From Candidatus Heimdallarchaeota archaeon (GTDB taxonomy: Archaea; Asgardarchaeota; Heimdallarchaeia; Heimdallarchaeales; Heimdallarchaeaceae), in assembly GCA_019057375.1 (NCBI GenBank), contig DXJF01000047.1:1-32740 (forward strand): 32,740 nt of DNA, given 5' to 3'. Below, piece by piece: positions 18,601 through 26,511 of the stretch. Under the pieces are notes generated by a model. The model was not told the DNA's origin and ran no database searches. It saw only the letters and a list, made by a program, of their open reading frames with translations. The position numbers were made by a program, and so were the translations under genes. How positions within the stretch are numbered: the first letter of the stretch is position 1; each line of letters begins with the position of its first letter.

Positions 18601-21600
18601 ATTGGAGGATGCTATTAGAGCTGAAAATAAAATATATGCTGTCATCCCAGCTATTGGTTCTTCTTCAGATGGTAAAGGGAAAAGTATAACCGCTCCAAAT
18701 CCAGTGGGACAAAAACAAGCTATTTCAATGGCTCTCCGATTAGCAGATTTAACAATAGATGAAGTAGATTACATTGAAGCTCATGGCACATCAACTATTG
18801 TAGGTGACGCTGTAGAATTAAATGTTCTAAAAGAAGTTTTTCAGAACCGTAAAAATACAAAAAAACTTGCAGTAGGTTCCATAAAAAGTCAAATAGGTCA
18901 TCTAAAGGCTGCAGCTGGAATTGCATCTCTGATAAAAACAGCACTTACCATCTATAATAAGATATTACCACCTTCAATAAACGTTCAAACACTTAACCCA
19001 AAAATTGATTGGGATAAATCAAAGTTAAAAATAAATAAAGAACCCATTGATTGGGGTGTAGAAAAAGGAATTCTTCGAAGAGCTGGAGTATCTGCTTTCG
19101 GTTTTGGTGGAACTAATTATCACACAATATTGGAAGAATATTCGTCTGAAAAAGTAAAATATATATTTGACGAAAGCCTTCTTCTTGTTGCTGAAACAAT
19201 TGATCTGACTTCCCCAAGTGAAATATCTCTTCAAAGTATTAAACCAAAATTAAGCTTCATGTTTACTGGACAAGGTAGTCAATATTTAGGCATGGCTAAA
19301 CATCTTTATGAAAATTCTTCAATTGTAGCTCAAACTTTTGAGAAAGCAGAAAAAATCTGGTTCAGTTATTATAGTTATAGTCTGAAGGAAATAATATTTG
19401 GTTCGGAGAAACTCTCTACTGAAGCTAATAAGAAAAGATTAACTGATACTAAATTTACTCAACCTGCTTTATTCATTGTAGATATAGCTATAGCACGACT
19501 CCTATCTGAAGAAGGTATACTACCTGATATTGTTTCTGGACATAGTCTAGGAGAATATGTGGCATTAGTGATCGCGGGTTCATTATCTTTCGAAGATGGA
19601 TTAAGGGCGGTGATAGAGCGCGGTAGAGCGATGAGTAGAGCAGGAAATACAGTGCCTGGTGCTATGGCAGCTGTGCTTGCTCCAATTGATATAGTGAAAG
19701 AAATAGTGAATGAAGTTAAAAAAACCTACTTGACTATTGCAAATTATAATTCAAAATCTCAAACAGTTGTTTCAGGTGATATTGAGAGTGTTGAGGAAAT
19801 ATTAGAGATATCTAAGAAGAGAGGAGTAAAAGCAATAAGACTTAATGTATCAACAGCATTTCACTCTCAAATTGTTAAAAATGTAGAAGAAGAAATGGAA
19901 AAAGTACTATCCAAAATAGAATTTAAACGCCCTTCTATTCCTGTTTTTAGTAATGTAACAAGCCTTCCATATCCAAATGATCCTTCATTAATGAGGAATC
20001 TTTTGGTGGAACAAATAAGTTCATCTGTACGATGGGTTGATGAAGTAGAAAACATGTATAAGGCAGGAGCTAGATATTTCGTTGAAGTTGGACCTAAGAA
20101 AGCATTGTTCTCTTTTGCTAAAGATATTCTCAAAGATAAGAATGACATAAACGTTTTCAATACTCTAAGTGCAAAGGATGATGATATTAATAAAATCAAA
20201 GATACAGTAAACAAAATCATTCAAGCTGGTTATGAAAACGGAGGAATAGATTTCAGTACTTTGGATCAAAGCTTTGAGCATTCTATAGTGCAAAAAGAGA
20301 TTCCAGTTTTTACTTCCAAAAAATCAGATTTTGAATCATTCATTCAAAGAAACCCAAGTTTGCTAGAAAATTTCTTGAAAACAGGACATGATATCTATAC
20401 TACTTATTTGGGTAAGTCTGAAGCACCAACTGAAACCAGAAGTGTTTCTTCTTTGAGTGAAGAATTAATTGGTATTACTGGAGTTGGAATAGGATTACCA
20501 GGAAAGAGTCAAAATGTATTTGATGACGAGAACATAGATTTGATTCTCTCTGGGCACAATTTCATCGATACTGTTGAAGATGAAATAAAGCAACAAATTC
20601 TTGATAAAAACATCAATCGATTAATAAAATCTCCTGATGGTTCAGCATCATTTGAAGAAATAAAAGATTTAACTCAAGTAATCAGTTTAGCTGGACAAAT
20701 AGGCAAATTTGATCCTATCAATGATTTTGGTCTAAATGAGAAATTTTTACAATCTCTAGACATCACGTTTACTCTTGCTATTTGTGCAGGTTTGGAAGCT
20801 TTAACTGATGCAGGAATTCCTTTAGTAAAATCATCAATAACTACTACTACAGGAAAGATTCTTGAGGGAGAATGGGCTCTTCCAGAGGAGTTGCAGGAAG
20901 AAACAGGGATCGTCTTTGCTTCAGCTTTTCCAGGGTATGATAATCTCATTAAAGAAATTAGTGAATATCAAGAATCTGGGGAAGAAAGAAGTTTCAGTCG
21001 AAATTTTCTATTCAAGATTCTTTCACTGGGGCATGCACAGTTTGCACAAATGATTAAGGCAAAAGGACCAAACACTCAAATAAATGCTGCTTGTGCTTCT
21101 ACTACTCAGGCAATTGGTATTGCAGAGGATTGGATTAAAACAGGTAGATGCAACAGAGTTATAGTTATCGCTGCAGATGATGCAGCTAGTGAGAACTTAC
21201 TTCCTTGGATTGGTTCAGGATTTTTGGTGGCTGGAGGAGTTACAACAGAAGGGGAAATAGAAAAAGCTGCACTGCCTTTTGGTAAAAATAGACATGGTCT
21301 GATTATTGGATCAGCAGCTGCAGGATTAATAATTGAAAAAGAATCTGCTTATGAAAAAAGAGGAGTTAAACCTATTGTCGACTTAATAGGTTCCCAATTT
21401 ACAAACAGTGCTTTCCATGGTTCTAGACTTGATGTTAAGAACATAACAAAAGCATTTGAGACTTTTATTGATAAAGTTGAGAAGAATTACAATATCTCAA
21501 GAAAGGAAATTGCAGAAAATGGTATCTTTGTTTCACATGAAACTTATACGCCTGCTCGAGGAGGTAGTGCTGAAGCTGAAATTGAAGCTCTAAAATCAGT

Positions 21601-24600
21601 ATTTGGAACAGATGTATCCAAGCTGATTATCGTAAATACAAAAGGTTATACTGGTCATGCAATGGGAGCTGGCGTGGAGGAATGCGTGGCTATAAAATCT
21701 ATGGAAAGAGGTATCATTCCACCTATTGCAAATTACTCCCAAATTGATTCAGCATTTAATGGTTTAAGCTTTTCAAAAGGAGAAAATAGAAGAGCTAAAT
21801 ATGCAATAAGACTAGCTGCAGGTTTTGGTTCTCAGATTGCTTTTACAGCATTTAGATTGAATACTCATGATGACCGATATGATCTGAATTATCACGAGAA
21901 TTGGCTGAATCAGCTGAATGGGAGTCTTGATAGCACATTTCTAGATGGTAGAGTTTTAAAGATGAGAACAAAACCAAGAAAGATAGATTCAACAGATGAA
22001 AAGCTTGGAAGGAAACCTGTACTTCATTCGGTAGGATCTGGCAATGTTCTTTCTGAACTAACCAATATTATTTCAGAGATAACTGGATATGAGTCTAATT
22101 TAATTGAAGCTGATATGCATTTAGAAGAGGATTTAGGGATTGATACTGTTAAGCAAGCTGAGATTTTTGGTATTATTAGAGATAAATGGGATCTTGAATT
22201 GGATGAAACACTTAGTCTTGCTGAATTTACATCACCAAACAAAATAGTGTCATATATTCTAGAGAAACTCCCACCAGATCATAAAGAAGAAAGTTCCAAG
22301 AAAACAGCTGTTTCTCAATCTATTGATGATTCTAGTCTTAATATGCGAATAAGAGAAATTATTTCAGAAACAACTGGATACGAACCAGATTTAATTGAAT
22401 ATGATATGGATTTAGAAGAAGATTTGGGAATTGATACTATCAAGCAAGCTGAAATCTTTGGGGATATACGAGAAATATATGACCTTCCTCTGGATGAAAC
22501 TGTAAGTTTAGCAGAATTCAAATCAATTCAAGATATAGCTAATTACGTCTCCAAGCATGCTGTAACTGATAGTACGATCTCAAAAGATGTGAAATCTGAT
22601 TTAGAAAAGAAAAAGTCAGTACAGATGGAGAGGGACGTTAGAATAGATAAAATAATTGTATCACCAGCTAGCTTAAACAAAGAAAAAGCTGAGAAACTAG
22701 ATCTATCAAATCTATCCACTCTAGTAATTAACCTTGAATCATCTCGAACAAACTCAATATTAGAGGAATTCTCGAAGAAGAATTTACAATATCATGAATA
22801 CAGTATTTTTAATGATTCACTTTCTGAACTGAAGGATAAGGAATTTGATTCCTTTGTTATAATTCTGCCTGATGAAAAATCCAAACCTGGTTATGTTGAC
22901 CAAGAGATTTACAATAATATGTTTAAGCTATTTCAATCACTTGAATTAAATTCAAATCAAAGAATAATAGCTATTTCTTCAGAGAAATTCTTTGGATATG
23001 AGTTAGATGCAATACCTATATCTGGAGGAATTTCTGGATTTGTTAAAACTCTTGGATTAGAATTTGAAATGAAGGTTAAGCATTTATATTCATCAAATAA
23101 CAAAGAAATTCTTCAAGAATTAGAGTATTGGGATAATTTTAAAGAAATATCTTACCAAAAGGGAATTAGATACACACTCGTTTCCTCAGAAATTACTGAT
23201 GTTGTTACTAAAACATCGAAACTTGATCTTAAAAACGATGATTTGCTTTTGGTTACGGGAGGAGGAAGAGGAATCACATTCAAATGCATTGAAGCTTTAT
23301 GTACTATCGTCAAACCTAAAGTTGCAATTATGGGAATTGAGGATATTTCCCATTGTACTCCTGAATTGTTAGCTCTTTCTGAGGAAGAATTAAAACAACA
23401 TAGGGAAAAAATGATTGAAAATCTGAAAGCTACAGAAGAAAAAGTTACTCCTGTCATGATTGAAAGAAAATGGAATAATTTTATTTTTGGCTTGGAAGTT
23501 TCGAAAAATCTCCTGAGACTAGAGAAGTTGAAAATTGAAGCACAATATCGAAGAGTTGATGTGACCAACCAGAAGGAAGTAGAAAAAGCTTTAGATGAAA
23601 TTGAAAAGCAAATGGAATCAAAAGTAACCCACATTGTTCATGGAGCAGGATTAGAAGAATCTAAATCCTTCAAGAATAAAAAATTCGATTTTTCTAGATT
23701 GATAGTATCAGTTAAGGTTGAAGGAATCTGGAATATCCTAAATTCTCTAGATAAAAGTAAGTTAAAGAGAGTTGTTTGCTTCACATCTATAGCAGGAAGA
23801 TTTGGTAACAGAGGACAAATAGACTATTCCTTTGCTAATGGTTATCTATCTCGTTTATGTTGGATGCTCAATCAACAAGGAATCCCAGCAATAGCGTGCG
23901 ATTGGAGTGCTTGGGGTGGAGTAGGGATGGCAACAAGAGGCTCAATAATGCAAATTCTAACCTCTTTTGGAATAAATCCCATACCTTTAGAAACTGGGAC
24001 TGAAGTATTTGTAAAACTATTTCTAAACAAGATTGGAAAGGAAGTTGTTGTATCAAATGGATTAGGACCATTCGAAGAAGTGCATATTCTAGATCAGCAA
24101 ATCTCAAACAAAAATTACCCTATGATAAATAATCTAGAGTATATCGATTCAAAATTCAGAGTATATCATACTTTATCCACAAATTCAGATCTATACATGC
24201 TGGATCATCAAATACAGGATGTACCAATCTTCCCAGGTGTGATGGGTTTGGAAATGTTTTCCGAAGTATACCATCTGATATCAAACTCAAAACCATTCAT
24301 CTTGAAAGAAATTGAGTTTTCATCTGCATTAAAACTTCCGAAAAACATGCCTAAGGACATCTTTGTTGAATATGATACTTCAAAAGAAGAGATGATTCTC
24401 AAATCTGTCTTCATTCCGAAAAACGATGAAAAATTAAGAAGAGAAATTGAACATTTCAAGTTAAATATTGGAAGCAAAGCAAAGAAAAGAAGGAAAAGAA
24501 AATCAAGCTTTCAACCTGAAGATTCAGAATTACACTTGATGTCAAAAGAGGAAATTTACGAAGTATTCTTCCATGGAAAAAGTTTCCAAGTTTTGGATAA

Positions 24601-25696
24601 ATTACTAGATGTTTCAAATGAAACTGCACTTACATTAGTTAAGATTCCAAAGGATGATTTGTTCTCTGAAAGTAAAAGTAAAGTGTTGATTAATCCTCGC
24701 ACGATAGAAGCAGCTTTACAAACTGCAGGGTTATATGATATAATCGTTAATAACGAATCTTCGTTACCATCTAATATTGCACAACTTTCAATATATAGCA
24801 ATAAACAACCACATCATATTAAATCAAAATTCATTGAGAAGGACACAAATTATAGCTATTTTGATGTTGAAGTGTTTGATGAAAAAGGACATCTAATCGC
24901 CCTTTTAGAAGGCTTAGGGATGATTCATATACAGTTTTCTTTCACTGAAAATCTTGAAAGAATAAAACAACTTCAGATACTGAAAGAATACTGGCAAATC
25001 TCAACTTCTTTTTCAGACAATATGATGAAAATCATCCCAACAGCAGCTGTTTCTAATTATCTAGATACTAAACCTAAGGTATTGATGAGATATTTATCTT
25101 CAGAAGAAAAATCGTCATTTGAGAGAAAGAAAAATGAAAAAAGGAAAATTGAATATCTTTCTGGAGTGATTGCTGCTAAGAAACTTATCAAAGATGTCTA
25201 TAAAGATGCAAAGGCTATTCAGACAACTGAAATAAGAAAAACAACTAAAGGGCAACCCTACATTTATGATAGGAAGAAGAAAGAGAAGAGCAAGCTGAAT
25301 CTTTCAATAACTCACTCTGGTGATTTTGCAATTGCTGCAATAGGGGATAGTCCTATAGGTATTGATATCGAAAAGATTGAAGAAAGAAGTGAATCTTTCT
25401 ACAAAGAAGCTTTTACAGAGAAAGAGAGAAATCAGATTTCCTCAAATGCTGAGTTAGGGACAGTGTACTGGACAATTAAAGAAGCTATTACCAAAGCTAT
25501 AGGTGAAGGATTGAATCTCAGTTTACATGATATTGAAATATCTTCAGATGAGAAGAAATCTTCTTACAAAATAGATTTTTCATCCAAGATTGCAGAATCC
25601 TTACCATATGATCCCAACTCCTTTGAAATAACCAATAAGAAATTCCAAAACTATGCTCTAAGTTATTGTGAGATTAAGACAGATGATGGAAAATGA
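15623..25696 (+). CDS. ~3357-aa iterative type I PKS/FAS-like megasynthase: ER(degenerate)-ER-KS-AT-KS-ACP-ACP-KR-DH-PPTase
   Basis: Uninterrupted 10-kb ORF; domain motifs are given in the sub-features. ATG 15623 follows an AGGTG RBS (15612-15616) that overlaps the pccB stop; the track start at 15539 overlaps pccB and is unlikely. Confidence 0.93.
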   Translation: MKTKKQLEKELRLNEIIWGYSPKGISNPQLAIELSLNGGIGLIDLEGLEESVSKEIIETCSSKIPSDKLWGVRFPDIESLSVLSEVDSIPIGIIAFEIEQEDLVKLVSKLKWKVAEVVNLDEAQERTDWVDFFLVKGFESGGKISDQTSFILIQEFNKAGFPFIIQGGFGVYNIVTAIVGGALGVVLEGQLFLLPECPLSSLTKEYLEKLDENDTYIAGESSSNKYRLIGKIANNSIRELKKFDKENSDKGEEGLLEFLKQLSSKSHFFNSEEMKHSFLPCDIGLSFAPFIKEIFDDLRSFLTAIQDIIQDQIKTVSANWPFEEESEFAKSLEIKFPIIQGPMANITDKTDFAIKVAEEGALPVLAMGGLLIEEAEELFAEFNSKFPKNQNYAGGIIGLEVMKERREAHISLMAKNKTPICLIAAGTIQLATRIQKMGMKTIIHTPALSLFKEAIKYGHKHVILEGSECGGHIGIFTSLTLWESILQYLSNNANQISEKINIVFAGGIGDELGAAMVAGMVGNHLDLINPGIQMGTAYLFTDEIVKTKALTSLYQEKLLDSNITRVIGSTVNTRARVIPSEFVSQTIENERIWIKEGLSIRERKKLYEKDNLGALRIAAKAEIWNEDYVPEGDLTQFNLVDEKDHVSLGCFMAGEIISLKRNVVQIKDLHYDIVVSGKELFRNTRNSIERMLTRDIVSDVPKIQISELSSKNRIAIVGLGCIFPDSANISEYWANITSKKYSITEIPDSRWDKNIHFDEDKTAQNKSYSKIGAFVKDYKFNSINYRIPPKIADSMDEVQKWSLDAAKQALEDAGISTDGKNRLPIAVIIGNALGGENQRTTNKGLFVPEFLFELENNAVFKSLGEEEQNSLLQNLKENYDGKYPSITEDSMPGELSNIISGRIANVFNLTGKSMTTDAACASSIAALDTAIKSLTSGDFDTALVGGADRSMDIASYVKFSKIGALSAKGSCPFDESADGFVMGEGAGFMVLKRLEDAIRAENKIYAVIPAIGSSSDGKGKSITAPNPVGQKQAISMALRLADLTIDEVDYIEAHGTSTIVGDAVELNVLKEVFQNRKNTKKLAVGSIKSQIGHLKAAAGIASLIKTALTIYNKILPPSINVQTLNPKIDWDKSKLKINKEPIDWGVEKGILRRAGVSAFGFGGTNYHTILEEYSSEKVKYIFDESLLLVAETIDLTSPSEISLQSIKPKLSFMFTGQGSQYLGMAKHLYENSSIVAQTFEKAEKIWFSYYSYSLKEIIFGSEKLSTEANKKRLTDTKFTQPALFIVDIAIARLLSEEGILPDIVSGHSLGEYVALVIAGSLSFEDGLRAVIERGRAMSRAGNTVPGAMAAVLAPIDIVKEIVNEVKKTYLTIANYNSKSQTVVSGDIESVEEILEISKKRGVKAIRLNVSTAFHSQIVKNVEEEMEKVLSKIEFKRPSIPVFSNVTSLPYPNDPSLMRNLLVEQISSSVRWVDEVENMYKAGARYFVEVGPKKALFSFAKDILKDKNDINVFNTLSAKDDDINKIKDTVNKIIQAGYENGGIDFSTLDQSFEHSIVQKEIPVFTSKKSDFESFIQRNPSLLENFLKTGHDIYTTYLGKSEAPTETRSVSSLSEELIGITGVGIGLPGKSQNVFDDENIDLILSGHNFIDTVEDEIKQQILDKNINRLIKSPDGSASFEEIKDLTQVISLAGQIGKFDPINDFGLNEKFLQSLDITFTLAICAGLEALTDAGIPLVKSSITTTTGKILEGEWALPEELQEETGIVFASAFPGYDNLIKEISEYQESGEERSFSRNFLFKILSLGHAQFAQMIKAKGPNTQINAACASTTQAIGIAEDWIKTGRCNRVIVIAADDAASENLLPWIGSGFLVAGGVTTEGEIEKAALPFGKNRHGLIIGSAAAGLIIEKESAYEKRGVKPIVDLIGSQFTNSAFHGSRLDVKNITKAFETFIDKVEKNYNISRKEIAENGIFVSHETYTPARGGSAEAEIEALKSVFGTDVSKLIIVNTKGYTGHAMGAGVEECVAIKSMERGIIPPIANYSQIDSAFNGLSFSKGENRRAKYAIRLAAGFGSQIAFTAFRLNTHDDRYDLNYHENWLNQLNGSLDSTFLDGRVLKMRTKPRKIDSTDEKLGRKPVLHSVGSGNVLSELTNIISEITGYESNLIEADMHLEEDLGIDTVKQAEIFGIIRDKWDLELDETLSLAEFTSPNKIVSYILEKLPPDHKEESSKKTAVSQSIDDSSLNMRIREIISETTGYEPDLIEYDMDLEEDLGIDTIKQAEIFGDIREIYDLPLDETVSLAEFKSIQDIANYVSKHAVTDSTISKDVKSDLEKKKSVQMERDVRIDKIIVSPASLNKEKAEKLDLSNLSTLVINLESSRTNSILEEFSKKNLQYHEYSIFNDSLSELKDKEFDSFVIILPDEKSKPGYVDQEIYNNMFKLFQSLELNSNQRIIAISSEKFFGYELDAIPISGGISGFVKTLGLEFEMKVKHLYSSNNKEILQELEYWDNFKEISYQKGIRYTLVSSEITDVVTKTSKLDLKNDDLLLVTGGGRGITFKCIEALCTIVKPKVAIMGIEDISHCTPELLALSEEELKQHREKMIENLKATEEKVTPVMIERKWNNFIFGLEVSKNLLRLEKLKIEAQYRRVDVTNQKEVEKALDEIEKQMESKVTHIVHGAGLEESKSFKNKKFDFSRLIVSVKVEGIWNILNSLDKSKLKRVVCFTSIAGRFGNRGQIDYSFANGYLSRLCWMLNQQGIPAIACDWSAWGGVGMATRGSIMQILTSFGINPIPLETGTEVFVKLFLNKIGKEVVVSNGLGPFEEVHILDQQISNKNYPMINNLEYIDSKFRVYHTLSTNSDLYMLDHQIQDVPIFPGVMGLEMFSEVYHLISNSKPFILKEIEFSSALKLPKNMPKDIFVEYDTSKEEMILKSVFIPKNDEKLRREIEHFKLNIGSKAKKRRKRKSSFQPEDSELHLMSKEEIYEVFFHGKSFQVLDKLLDVSNETALTLVKIPKDDLFSESKSKVLINPRTIEAALQTAGLYDIIVNNESSLPSNIAQLSIYSNKQPHHIKSKFIEKDTNYSYFDVEVFDEKGHLIALLEGLGMIHIQFSFTENLERIKQLQILKEYWQISTSFSDNMMKIIPTAAVSNYLDTKPKVLMRYLSSEEKSSFERKKNEKRKIEYLSGVIAAKKLIKDVYKDAKAIQTTEIRKTTKGQPYIYDRKKKEKSKLNLSITHSGDFAIAAIGDSPIGIDIEKIEERSESFYKEAFTEKERNQISSNAELGTVYWTIKEAITKAIGEGLNLSLHDIEISSDEKKSSYKIDFSSKIAESLPYDPNSFEITNKKFQNYALSYCEIKTDDGK
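15665..17650 (+). other. two tandem FMN-dependent TIM-barrel (FabK/PfaD/nitronate-monooxygenase-like) enoyl-reductase-type domains
   Basis: Copy 1: GGIGLID, KGFESGGK, PFIIQGGFG, GVVLEGQLFL. Copy 2: PIIQGPMANI, ILEGSECGGHIG, IVFAGGIGD, QMGTAYLFTDE. Boundaries approximate. Confidence 0.75.
17755..19140 (+). other. ketosynthase domain KS1 with intact Cys-His-His triad
   Basis: RIAIVGLGCIFP, DAACASS (Cys codon 18380), EAHGTST, KSQIGHLKAAAG, AGVSAFGFGGTNYH. Confidence 0.95.
19255..20150 (+). other. acyltransferase domain, probably malonyl-CoA-preferring
   Basis: FTGQGSQYLGM, TQPAL, GHSLGEY, ERGRAM, IANYNS..QTVVSG, VSTAFHS, FVEVGP. Confidence 0.93.
20460..21860 (+). other. second, divergent ketosynthase-like domain KS2
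   Basis: IGITGVGIGLPG, NTQINAACASTTQAI (Cys codon 21092), SHETYT, NTKGYTGHAMGAG, AAGFGSQ. Confidence 0.8.
22050..22550 (+). other. two tandem acyl carrier protein domains with LGIDT in place of LGIDS
   Basis: IISEITGYESNLIEADMHLEEDLGIDTVKQAEIFG and IISETTGYEPDLIEYDMDLEEDLGIDTIKQAEIFG; ACT codons at 22145 and 22436. Confidence 0.88.
22640..24060 (+). other. ketoreductase (structural plus catalytic SDR subdomains)
   Basis: GISGFVKTLGLE, LVTGGGRGITF, YRRVDVT, VHGAGL, VKVEG, FTSIAGRFGNRGQIDYSFAN, CDWSAWGGVGM. Confidence 0.9.
24120..24930 (+). other. PKS-type double-hotdog dehydratase
   Basis: LDHQIQDVPIFPGVMGLE (His motif), FFHGKSFQV, PRTIEAALQ (Glu at the usual Asp position). Confidence 0.8.
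25020..25693 (+). other. C-terminal Sfp-like 4'-phosphopantetheinyl transferase domain
   Basis: YLSSEE...RKIEYLSGVIAAKKL, GQP, NLSITHSGDFAIA, PIGIDIEKI, FTEKE, WTIKEAITKAIGEGL. Confidence 0.88.
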
Positions 25697-26511
25697 AAAT
25701 TGAATATACGGATATAAATTTTCGAAATGAAACAATTAACGGAGTTCTCTATCTGCCTGAAAGCAACCATCCTGTACCCTTAGTTATTCATCTTAATGGA
25801 ATGCCGGGTCTTGAACCTGAAAAAGAAGGTGAAAGGTTTGCTCAGGAACTAAATAGCATTGGAATAGCTTATTATGCCTTTGACTATACAGGTGTTAGAA
25901 ATAGTACTGGTTTGTTTGAATATTATTACTCTCAAGAAAATATTAATACAATAATTTCATATCTTGTTCACCATCCAAAAATTCTTCCTACAAAAATTGC
26001 TCTACTCGGGGAAAGTTTTGGAGGTGCTATGGCTATATGCCATGCAGCTAGAGACAACAGAATACGGTGTTTAGCCATAAGATCTCCTGTTTATGATACT
26101 GAAAAAATTCCACAGTTAAAGATATTTGATGGATTGTCTCTGATGTGGAGATTAAATAAACAAATACGTTTTCCTAAAGTGAATTTAAAATCGTTCTTCG
26201 AAAATCAATCTTCACATTATAATCCAGATAAACTAGTAGAACAGCTTAACTGTCCTATACGAATGATTACTGGTACTAAAGACGAGATTTTAGACGCAGA
26301 GGAAATTGAAAAGTGGTTCAAAAAACTCCCAGTAAATCTGGATAAAGATCTCCAAATTATTGAGAATGCTGATCACAATTTTTCAAACAAAGTCCATTTC
26401 CAAAAAATGAAAAATTATGTAATTGATTTTTTCAAGCAGCGTTTGATTAATCAGGAGAATTCTCAAACTCCAGAAGCTTCTGATCTTGTTCAACAAAGGT
26501 ATTTTCCTTAA
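25693..26511 (+). CDS. alpha/beta-fold hydrolase (candidate thioesterase or acyltransferase for the megasynthase)
   Basis: FDYTG, GESFGG nucleophile elbow, TGTKDE acid, ADHNF His. The ATG overlaps the megasynthase TGA (ATGA, 25693-25696). Confidence 0.85.
   Translation: MKIEYTDINFRNETINGVLYLPESNHPVPLVIHLNGMPGLEPEKEGERFAQELNSIGIAYYAFDYTGVRNSTGLFEYYYSQENINTIISYLVHHPKILPTKIALLGESFGGAMAICHAARDNRIRCLAIRSPVYDTEKIPQLKIFDGLSLMWRLNKQIRFPKVNLKSFFENQSSHYNPDKLVEQLNCPIRMITGTKDEILDAEEIEKWFKKLPVNLDKDLQIIENADHNFSNKVHFQKMKNYVIDFFKQRLINQENSQTPEASDLVQQRYFP

Noticed and set aside
17343-24801. Short alternative-frame and antisense ORFs inside the megasynthase, including the similar pair 22024-22242 and 22315-22521
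   Set aside because: Shadow ORFs; the similar pair merely mirrors the duplicated ACP domains.
15623-25696. Calling the gene pfaA / a PUFA synthase, or an enediyne PKSE
   Set aside because: There is no PfaB/C/D gene set or FabA-like DH pair, and none of the hotdog thioesterase or other enediyne cassette genes are recognisable. The extra ERs and KS2 fit neither family.
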